From Bacteroidia bacterium (GTDB taxonomy: Bacteria > Bacteroidota > Bacteroidia > Bacteroidales > CAJPTX01), in NCBI GenBank assembly GCA_905373665.1, contig CAJPTV010000001.1, positions 1 through 57,706 on the forward strand: 57,706 nt of DNA, written 5' to 3'. This document shows positions 47,851-55,014 of the stretch, piece after piece. Positions within the stretch are counted from its first letter, which is position 1, and the number at the start of each line of letters is the position of its first letter. A program made the position numbers and the translations under genes. The notes under the pieces were generated by a model. That model made no database searches, was not told the DNA's origin, and was given only the letters and a program-made list of their open reading frames with translations.

Positions 47851-48867
47851 CTATTCAAATAACTTTGCCCACTCGTACTTCTTACGATCTTTCCACAACC
47901 CTGTGTGGTAAGCATTGCTCACGATGAGCGGCACAACCGTCGTAGCCTCCGCATAGACCATCTGCTCAAAGGCAGTGTCTACCTTGCCCCACGACGAAGC
48001 CTCCTTCAGAGTCGAAGAGGAACAAGCCCCATCGCGCACATCTGCTACCGTAATCTGTACCGCATACTTATGCATCGGCACCTCATGCCCCAGCACCTCG
48101 GCACACACCACCGTATCCTGCGCAAAGTTCTTAGGCACGCCGCCGCCTACCATAAAGAGTCCCGTCGTGTTTGCTGCGATCTTGATCTGGGTTAGTTCAA
48201 GGAAGTCACGCACCGAGTCTATCGAAACATGCGCCTTGGGGTTTGCCACTTGGTGAAGCACCAGTCCGAAGCCCGCACTCGAGTCGCTAAACGCAGGGCA
48301 GAAGATCGGCACATTGTGCTCATAGCAGGTCTGAATCAGACTCTCCTTCTTCACCGAATGCTGGGTGAGGTAACGCCCCATCTCCTTGATAAATTCGCGC
48401 GAACTGTACGGACGAGGCTCGAGCCCATCGGCTACTTTCTTAATTGTGGCGTCGCAGTTCTGAAGCTCCTCCTCGTCGATATACGTATCGTAAATACGGT
48501 CAATGTACTGAGCACGGAGCGCCGAATCGTCCACAAAGGGAGTTCCGCGATAGTGCTTAAAGCCCAATGCCTCAAAGAAGTCCATATCGACAATCGAGGC
48601 GCCCGTCGAGACAATCGCGTCCACCATGTTGTGTCGCACCATGTCGACATAGACCTGCATACACCCTGCCGCACTCGTACTGCCTGCAAGGGTCAAGATG
48701 GTCGAACACTCCTTATCGCCCAACATCCGATTGAGGATATCTGCGGCCGTGGCCGTATCGCGCGAGGAAAACGACATTCCACGCATCGCATCGATTATCG
48801 GGCGAGCGTCTATCTGCTTAATATCTACGTGGCGGATCTCTTCACGCAACAACTCTTTCTTGCTCAT
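47851..48867 (-). CDS. Deoxyhypusine synthase-like protein
   Basis: 338 aa with a DHS-family pattern: ...MSFSSRDTATAADIL..M......TILTLAGSTSAAG...; GGGVPKNF; ...SEASSWGK-like LKEASSWGK. Confidence 0.8.
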   Translation of the reverse strand: MSKKELLREEIRHVDIKQIDARPIIDAMRGMSFSSRDTATAADILNRMLGDKECSTILTLAGSTSAAGCMQVYVDMVRHNMVDAIVSTGASIVDMDFFEALGFKHYRGTPFVDDSALRAQYIDRIYDTYIDEEELQNCDATIKKVADGLEPRPYSSREFIKEMGRYLTQHSVKKESLIQTCYEHNVPIFCPAFSDSSAGFGLVLHQVANPKAHVSIDSVRDFLELTQIKIAANTTGLFMVGGGVPKNFAQDTVVCAEVLGHEVPMHKYAVQITVADVRDGACSSSTLKEASSWGKVDTAFEQMVYAEATTVVPLIVSNAYHTGLWKDRKKYEWAKLFE

Positions 48868-48892
48868 TCTCTATTCAGGTAACGTTTTAGCG

Positions 48893-49759
48893 CTATTTAC
48901 TGCAATGTGATAATTGGTGTTGAAAACGGAAACTCAGCAAGCGGTAAAGGAGCTTGGCTGCGAGGAATGCTGAGGGCTTGTAGTCGCCTGTGGGGCAGAG
49001 TTCTACGATGTCAAAGCCTACCACTTCGTGCGTCTCAAATACGCGGCGAAGGAAACGGAGCGTCGGATGCCACTCCAACCCTCCCGGCTCGGGCGTACCC
49101 GTGGCAGAGAGGATAGCAGGGTCAAAGGCATCAAGGTCTATGGTGATGTAGACGCGGGGCGTGAGGAGATCGAGTGCTCGCTGTTCCCACCCCGTCTGTC
49201 CGACGATCTCGTGTGCCCAGAAGATGCGTTCACGTTGCAGCCCCTCCAGTTCCGAAGTGTCCATACTGCGAATACCCACTTGGACAATAGGGCATACCTC
49301 CCGCGCACGCGCCATGACGCAGGCGTGGTTAAAGGGCGACCCCTCGTACTCTTGTCTTAGGTCGGTATGTGCATCGAGTTGGAGCACTGTAAGCCCCGCA
49401 TATTTCTGTGCGTGTGCTAAGATAGGACCGATGCTTACGGAGTGTTCGCCGCCAATACTCACCACAAACTTGCCATTCGCAAGGTGGCGCTCCACGCATG
49501 CCTTACTGGCAGCGACCATCTCCTCTACAGCGTCGTAGGCGGGAAGAGCCTCTGCCGTAGCGATGCCGATGGTATAGGGTTCGGTGTCGGTCTCTATGTC
49601 ATAGAGTTCCATATTCGCCGAGGCTTCGAGCAGAGCTTCTGGTCCCTTGTCCGCCCCTTTGCCCCACGTGCTTGTCCCGTCAAACGGGATGGGCTGTACT
49701 ACGACGCGCGCCGTCTCGTAGGCGCAGAACTCCTCTGGGAGTCCACCGTAACTGTCCAT
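48893..49759 (-). CDS. speB: Agmatinase/ureohydrolase-family protein
   Basis: Arginase-fold metal motifs GGEHSVS, LQLDAHTDLR and ITIDLDAFDP. The substrate cannot be determined from the sequence alone. Confidence 0.8.
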   Translation of the reverse strand: MDSYGGLPEEFCAYETARVVVQPIPFDGTSTWGKGADKGPEALLEASANMELYDIETDTEPYTIGIATAEALPAYDAVEEMVAASKACVERHLANGKFVVSIGGEHSVSIGPILAHAQKYAGLTVLQLDAHTDLRQEYEGSPFNHACVMARAREVCPIVQVGIRSMDTSELEGLQRERIFWAHEIVGQTGWEQRALDLLTPRVYITIDLDAFDPAILSATGTPEPGGLEWHPTLRFLRRVFETHEVVGFDIVELCPTGDYKPSAFLAAKLLYRLLSFRFQHQLSHCSK

Positions 49760-49792
49760 TATTCTTGATTTACCTTTCCTTCTCTACGTAGG

Positions 49793-49800
49793 CAAAGGTA
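49793..49800 (-). promoter_or_regulatory. -7 promoter box TACCTTTG
   Basis: The plus strand reads caaaggta, 34 nt upstream of the ATG at 49759. Confidence 0.45.
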
Positions 49801-49817
49801 GGTATTTTTGCGATCTG

Positions 49818-49905
49818 CTAACCCCTAACCTCTAAATCGCGGCAACGCCGCGCCTCGGTGATTACCTCCCCACGCTTTCCTCAATCACGGGCGCATCTCT
49901 CTTAA
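49818..49905 (-). repeat. Structured intergenic repeat, copy B2 (diverged)
   Basis: The minus strand reads ttaagagagatgcgcccgtgattgaggaaagcgtggggaggtaatcaccgagg-cgcggc/gtt/gccgcg-atttagaggttaggggttag. Confidence 0.7.
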
Positions 49906-49925
49906 ACCACTGTTTCCCATTCTTT

Positions 49926-50032
49926 TGTAGGGGTGTAGCGTGCTTTCGCCCGCAACTCGGCACGCAACGCGTGCCGCCTCGGTGATTTGCATTTTACCGC
50001 ACATTGCGCCCACTGGGCGGCGCGCCCTTAGG
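49926..50032 (-). repeat. Structured intergenic repeat, copy B1 (about 107 nt)
   Basis: The minus strand reads cctaagggcgcgccgcccagtgggcgcaatgtgcggtaaaatgcaaatcaccgagg-cggcacgc/gtt/gcgtgccg-agttgcgggcgaaagcacgctacacccctaca. Confidence 0.8.
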
Positions 50033-50045
50033 ATCGCCTCGAGAC

Positions 50046-50489
50046 TCAACACAAAGTACAATCCACAGGCAACCCCATCGAAGACACGTCGGGGCGAGTA
50101 TAGTATAAGAGACCTCGCCAAAAGCCTGAACGAACCTCGTCATTCGGAAAACCGAGGATGAACCGATTCTCCTCACATAAATATTCCTTTATGGTAAGAT
50201 AACCAGAATAAAAGAGGTAATGGATAATGTAATTTGGGTCATTGTAACGGAAGTCTTCTAAGATATCCGCATCAATCTCGATATCCTCTTCCAAATTCTG
50301 GATAGGTACTCTTGTTCGTCTTAGGAACTTGACAAGATAGGAGGGCGTAGCATTCTCGAACCAATAGTAGTCGTAAGCGCTATCTGCTAAGACATTCAAC
50401 AGACTAGATGGATTGTACACCTTCACCCCATTGCGCGAGAAACAATAGCCGTCGTACTTCTCTTTGAGGGTTGCGCGGGTCTCTTCCAC
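50046..50489 (-). pseudogene. Internal fragment of an AAA-ATPase-like/PD-(D/E)XK (PF09820+PF08011-type) Bacteroides family gene
   Basis: ...KYDGYCFSRNGVKVYNPSSLLNVL....YYWFENATPSYLVKFL.......LFYSGYLTIKE.......LGFPNDEV matches the middle of the roughly 520-aa family. Both the N-terminal ATPase part and the C-terminal nuclease part are absent. Confidence 0.65.
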
Positions 50490-50526
50490 AAAATGTAAAG
50501 ACTTACAGGGGGCAGTGTGCCCTTAC

Positions 50527-50560
50527 AAAAAAGCGTGCAACCCGCAGTCGGATTGCACGC
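50527..50560 (-). terminator. Rho-independent terminator of fabG
   Basis: On the minus strand the 8-bp stem gcgtgcaa/ttgcacgc (50533-50540 with 50553-50560) is followed by T6. Confidence 0.75.
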
Positions 50561-50606
50561 TTCGTTTTCATTTAAGCAATGAAAGCGCCCTATCGTGGAG
50601 GAGGGG

Positions 50607-51347
50607 CTACATATTCATCCCCCCACACACGTTGAGCACCTGCCCGTTAACATAGCTACTGAGGTCACTCGCTAGGAAAAGCACCGCACGCGCCACGTCT
50701 AAGGGAGTACCCGCACGCTTGAGCGGTATCTGGTCTGCCCAGCCCTTGCGTATCTCCTCGGGGAGCTTCTCGGTCATCTCCGTCTCAATAAAGCCAGGAG
50801 CTACGACATTCGTACGAATATTGCGAGCCCCGAGCTCCTTAGCTACCGACTTTGAGAAACCAATAATCCCCGCCTTAGAAGCAGCGTAATTGGCTTGCCC
50901 CGCATTGCCCGAGACGCCCACCACAGAGCTAATATTGACGATCGTCCCTTGCTTCTGCTTGAGCATGGTGCGTTGCACCGCCTTGGTCATGTTAAAGACC
51001 GACTTGAGGTTCACACGCAGGACCTCGTCCCACTGCTCCTCGGTCATCCGCATCAGGAGCGTATCGCGCGTGATCCCTGCATTGTTAACCAAGATGTCGA
51101 CCCCACCAAACTCGGCAATGGTCGCCTCTACGAGCGCCTCGGCTTGTGCAAAATCGCTTGCGTCTGAGGTAAAGCCCTTGGCGCGTACGCCGAAGGCTGC
51201 TGCCTCTTGTTCTACTTCCTCAAATGCGGGGTTACGCGCCGTGAAAACGACATTAGCACCCTCTTCTGCAAAGAGCCGTACGATGCCGCGACCGATGCCG
51301 CGCGTACCACCCGTAACGATGGCGGTTTTTCCTTCTAGTAACTTCAT
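50607..51347 (-). CDS. fabG: 3-oxoacyl-[acyl-carrier-protein] reductase
   Basis: SDR motifs TGGTRGIG, NNAG and YAASKAG, with the FabG-typical C-terminus GQVLNVCGGMNM. Confidence 0.9.
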   Translation of the reverse strand: MKLLEGKTAIVTGGTRGIGRGIVRLFAEEGANVVFTARNPAFEEVEQEAAAFGVRAKGFTSDASDFAQAEALVEATIAEFGGVDILVNNAGITRDTLLMRMTEEQWDEVLRVNLKSVFNMTKAVQRTMLKQKQGTIVNISSVVGVSGNAGQANYAASKAGIIGFSKSVAKELGARNIRTNVVAPGFIETEMTEKLPEEIRKGWADQIPLKRAGTPLDVARAVLFLASDLSSYVNGQVLNVCGGMNM

Positions 51348-51374
51348 CCGTAGTATTATTCAATTACGGCGCTA

Positions 51375-51884
51375 TTATAGCAAACTTTTTACAGCTGCTA
51401 GCGCCGCCTCGTAATCGGGCTCGTGCGTCACCTCGGGTACATACTCTACGTAACGTACTGTACCAGTGCCATCTATCACCACTACGCCACGTGCGAGGAG
51501 GCGAAGCCCATTCATCACAAAACCGTAATTCATACCAAAAGAGAGGTCGCGGTGGTCGGAGACCATGGTCAGCCGATCGATGCCGTTTGCTCCACAATAG
51601 CGTCCGAGCGCAAAGGGAAGGTCGCACGAGATGGCGAAGATATGCACCTTCTTGTCGAGCTTGCTTGCTTCGGCATTAAAGCGACCTGCCTGCATCGAAC
51701 AAACGGGAGTATCGATAGAGGGGAATATGCTCAGGACGTAGATATTCCCGTCGCCGCCCTTGAAGTTCACGGGCTTCATATCGACACCCACGCCTGCGAA
51801 CTCGGGGGCTTTAGCACCTACCTTGATTTCGTTACCCAAAAGCTCCATATCGCCGCCTGCGAAGAGTACCTTGTGTTGTGACAT
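51375..51884 (-). CDS. tpx: Thiol peroxidase
   Basis: ...KAPEF......FPSIDTPVCS... is the Tpx peroxidatic Cys motif. The resolving Cys context ISCDLPFA is also present. Confidence 0.88.
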   Translation of the reverse strand: MSQHKVLFAGGDMELLGNEIKVGAKAPEFAGVGVDMKPVNFKGGDGNIYVLSIFPSIDTPVCSMQAGRFNAEASKLDKKVHIFAISCDLPFALGRYCGANGIDRLTMVSDHRDLSFGMNYGFVMNGLRLLARGVVVIDGTGTVRYVEYVPEVTHEPDYEAALAAVKSLL

Positions 51885-51951
51885 TGCCGTATCAGTATTT
51901 AAGTTTACGACTATAGGAACACTTTTCTACCCTACTTTGTTTACACGGCTA

Positions 51952-52830
51952 CTAGAAACCAAATGCTCCGTTGTGGTTCTTCCACTTGTCACGCGCGGGG
52001 ACGGGCGAGAGGATATTCCAATGCTCGACCACCTTCCCCCCCGCAATGCGGAAAAGGTCATAAAGCGCCAGCGGCATCCGTTCCGATTCACGTTCGGTGA
52101 TGAGTAGGACATAGTCGCCGTCAGCCAATACCTTGTGGATACGGGTCGGCGTAAACGAGGAGTCTTCCTTGGCGAGCTCAGCCATGTAGGTTAAGAGCCC
52201 CTCTTGGATATAAGGGTTATGCTCGGTGTACTGATCTGGGTCCATGAACTGGATAAAGCGCTCATAGTCTGGATCGAGGAGCACCTCCTTAGCCAGTCGG
52301 TTCACAAGGGCGCGGTTCTCCTCCGTCTTGTCCCGATCGGTTACGGGGAGCACCTTCCCCACAAAGGTTTCCAAATCTGCCTCGTTTTTAGGGGTGGGGA
52401 AACGAACGGCATTGTCCCAATGCTCTACGATAAGCCCATCGGCAAAGCGAAAGACATCGAAGGAGAGCTCGGTGGTGTCAGCATACTTCGTGAGCGTTTG
52501 CGTGAAGACGAAATCGCCATCTTGGAAGGTACGCAAGACCTTCACCGTAGGCTTTACAGCAGCCGAGGCTTCAATCGCTTGGCGTAACCCGTCCACTCCA
52601 TCAGCCACGGCGAGGTCGTGTTGTTTGTACTGCGTAGGGTGTATGCTACGCAGTGGCGCAGTATCGCCTGTTTGAAAGGCATTGAGGACGGCCTCTGCTT
52701 GTTGCTGTGGCATCATCTGCTTCGTGTCGGTTGAAGTGGCTGTAGGAGTGGCAGAATTGCTCGGTGTCGTGTTGTTCGTACAGCTCCAGAAGAAGAGGAG
52801 CGGCAAAAAAGAAAACAAAAGATAACGCAT
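51952..52830 (-). CDS. Lipoprotein with two SnoaL/NTF2-like repeats
   Basis: Lipobox-like FFWSC. Two repeats contain ...YKQHDLAVADGVDGL... and ...YTEHNPYIQEGLLTY..., each followed by ...F(R)IA.GKIVEHW-type strands. Confidence 0.55.
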   Translation of the reverse strand: MRYLLFSFLPLLFFWSCTNNTTPSNSATPTATSTDTKQMMPQQQAEAVLNAFQTGDTAPLRSIHPTQYKQHDLAVADGVDGLRQAIEASAAVKPTVKVLRTFQDGDFVFTQTLTKYADTTELSFDVFRFADGLIVEHWDNAVRFPTPKNEADLETFVGKVLPVTDRDKTEENRALVNRLAKEVLLDPDYERFIQFMDPDQYTEHNPYIQEGLLTYMAELAKEDSSFTPTRIHKVLADGDYVLLITERESERMPLALYDLFRIAGGKVVEHWNILSPVPARDKWKNHNGAFGF

Positions 52831-52833
52831 TGA

Positions 52834-53736
52834 CTAGAATATTGAGAAATTAAAATAACGACGCGGATTTTGTTTTACCTCGGCTAAGATAGAGTCGAGG
52901 GCTCGGACGGTGGTTTGAAAGTCGTAGTAAAGCTGATCATCTTGCAGGAGCTTCCCCATAGCCCCCTCCCCTGCCTGCATCCGTTGCAAGAGCTGTGAGG
53001 CTGAAGCCAACAGTGTATCCGAACGTCGGATAGCCCCTGCAAGCGAGGGCTGGAGAGAGTCCAGTGCACTTTCCCACCGTCGACCGATTTGTGCCACCTG
53101 TCCGTTAATGGTCTTAAGCGAAGCGTTCGCATTCTCCATCGTGACAGGAAAAGCCTCGGCTGAGCGGCGGAGGTTAGAAAGCAAGGCGTAGGTCTCGGCA
53201 TAGAGCGACTCGGCACGTTCGTTCGTGAGGCTCTTTTCCGCCACACGTAGTACCTGTTTGAGCGAGCGCACCACCGTGTCGACGTGTGAGAGGAGAGGCC
53301 CCACCTGCGTGGAGAACGTCTGGGTATACGTCATCTCGGTAACCCCAGGGATCGTATCGCCAGGCGCAAGATAGGGTCCGTTACCATACGCCTCGTGAAG
53401 GCGGACGATGCTCCCGCCAATGAGCCCCGCATTGGCAATCTCTGCCCGTGTGGTGTGTTGCAAACGTATTTCTTGGGGAAAGGAGAATTGCGCGCGGATG
53501 CGCCCCGTGCCATCGTTGACAAAGGTAAGGTCGGAGACGCGCCCGACGGTCAGCCCATTGATGGTGATGCGGTTGGTGACGTAGAGCCCGCCGATGTCAT
53601 TGAAATAGGCATAGTAGTAGCAGTTGCTACTGAAGAAATTTTGCCCCTTAAGGAACTGGTAGCCCACGACGCCCGCCACCAGCACGAGAAGGGTAAAAAT
53701 GCCAATAAACCAAGTTTGTCGGGAGCGTTTCTGCAT
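52834..53736 (-). CDS. MlaD/MCE-family protein
   Basis: An N-terminal TM segment is followed by the MCE domain ...YYAYFNDIGGLYVTNRITINGLTVGRVSDL.... Confidence 0.75.
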   Translation of the reverse strand: MQKRSRQTWFIGIFTLLVLVAGVVGYQFLKGQNFFSSNCYYYAYFNDIGGLYVTNRITINGLTVGRVSDLTFVNDGTGRIRAQFSFPQEIRLQHTTRAEIANAGLIGGSIVRLHEAYGNGPYLAPGDTIPGVTEMTYTQTFSTQVGPLLSHVDTVVRSLKQVLRVAEKSLTNERAESLYAETYALLSNLRRSAEAFPVTMENANASLKTINGQVAQIGRRWESALDSLQPSLAGAIRRSDTLLASASQLLQRMQAGEGAMGKLLQDDQLYYDFQTTVRALDSILAEVKQNPRRYFNFSIF

Positions 53737-53748
53737 CGGTTGTAGTGT

Positions 53749-54963
53749 TTATATCGCGACCTTCTTCTCGCCCTCGAAGGCAACAAGAAAGGCGTCTGGG
53801 AAGTTGCGGCGCACCTTGACAAGGTGCGTCTTCGCAGCCTCTATGTCGGTATATTCGCCCGTGTAGTAACGGTAAAGCTTCCCCTCCTTGCGTTCGCGTA
53901 GGTCGGGGTAGAGTTTATGTAAACGGTGCTGTGGCGGGATGGAATTGCTGAGCGTGGCCACCTGTATGCGGTAACGTCGCCCACTGGCAGGTGTTTTGCC
54001 TTTCCCCTTTTCCTCGGGGTTGGATTTGGCTACATTCTTACCCGTGGCGTTGTTACTATTGCGCAACGAGTCTTTTTTCGCTGACGGCGGGGGTGTCGTG
54101 TCGACCTTCTTGGGCTCGGGCGGGCGGATCACCACCAGCGGCTGTGAGGCGTGCGCATCCCACTTCTTCTTGTAAGCAGCAAAGGCGTTGAAGATGGCCT
54201 TGGCGAGCTCCTGCTGCCCCTTCTCCGAAAGGAGGTATTTTTCCTCCTTAGGGTTGCTCAAAAAGCCAAGCTCGATAAGCACAGAAGGCATACTGCTTTT
54301 GTAAAGCACGAGGAAGCCCGCCTGCTTGACCCCACGGTCAAAACGCTGAAGCGAAGAGGTGAACTGCCCTTGAATGCCCGTCGCAAGCTCGAGGCTCTGG
54401 TCTAAAAAGACGTTTTGCATGAGGGAGAAGATCATGAACGACTCGGGCGACTTGGGGTCGTACCCCTCATACTTGGTGGAATAGTCCGCCTCGTAAGAGA
54501 TTACCGAGTTCTCGCGCTGCGCCACCTCAAGGTTCGACTTGGAGGTGTGCAGCCCCATCACGAAGGTCTCAGTACCGACGGCAGCAGTAGAGCCCGCCGC
54601 ATTGCAGTGAATGGAGATAAAAAGGTCAGCTTTGCACTCGTTGGCAATGGCGGTGCGCTGGTTGAGCTCTATGAACTCGTCGGTCTCGCGGGTGAAAACG
54701 ACCTTAAGGTTGGGGTATGCCTCGCGCACCAGCTTACCGAGCTTAAGCGCTACGGCGAGCGTTACATTCTTCTCTTGGGAGTTCTTTCCCTCCGTGCCCG
54801 GGTCTTTGCCGCCATGTCCGGCATCAATGACGATTGTCGAAAGAAGGTTGTTGGTATCCGTACGCTGCGCCGCGGCACAGTGTACGAAAAGGCACACTGT
54901 GCAGGTAAGAAGGAGGGTATAGGTGGCGGCTTTGAGGTTGAACAACGGCGTGTATCGCAGCAT
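53749..54963 (-). CDS. N-acetylmuramoyl-L-alanine amidase (Amidase_3) with C-terminal SPOR domain
   Basis: IVIDAGHGGKDPG, SIHCNA and ELGFLSN motifs, with a C-terminal SPOR-like region (YRIQVATLS...YRYYTGEYTDIEAAK). Confidence 0.85.
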   Translation of the reverse strand: MLRYTPLFNLKAATYTLLLTCTVCLFVHCAAAQRTDTNNLLSTIVIDAGHGGKDPGTEGKNSQEKNVTLAVALKLGKLVREAYPNLKVVFTRETDEFIELNQRTAIANECKADLFISIHCNAAGSTAAVGTETFVMGLHTSKSNLEVAQRENSVISYEADYSTKYEGYDPKSPESFMIFSLMQNVFLDQSLELATGIQGQFTSSLQRFDRGVKQAGFLVLYKSSMPSVLIELGFLSNPKEEKYLLSEKGQQELAKAIFNAFAAYKKKWDAHASQPLVVIRPPEPKKVDTTPPPSAKKDSLRNSNNATGKNVAKSNPEEKGKGKTPASGRRYRIQVATLSNSIPPQHRLHKLYPDLRERKEGKLYRYYTGEYTDIEAAKTHLVKVRRNFPDAFLVAFEGEKKVAI

Positions 54964-54985
54964 CCGTTACCAATTGAAATTGCAC

Positions 54986-54993
54986 TACCTTTG
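54986..54993 (+). promoter_or_regulatory. -7 promoter box TACCTTTG upstream of the LptD-like gene
   Basis: tacctttg lies 22 nt upstream of the GTG at 55015. Confidence 0.4.
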
Positions 54994-55014
54994 CCCACCA
55001 AAGGGGGTTCACTT

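Noticed and set aside
54415-55014. The 5' 600 nt of the 1062-codon ORF 54415-57603, and similar long ORFs antisense to real genes (for example 26522-27685, 30424-31437, 41624-42622, 23901-24659, 9203-9931, 7793-8581, 40385-41002).
   Set aside because: They lie fully inside strongly recognisable genes on the other strand (amidase, PLP lyase, mmdA, C69 peptidase, thiC, alaS, NYN). Their translations are Arg/His/Leu-rich with no recognisable motifs, as expected for shadow ORFs in GC-rich DNA.
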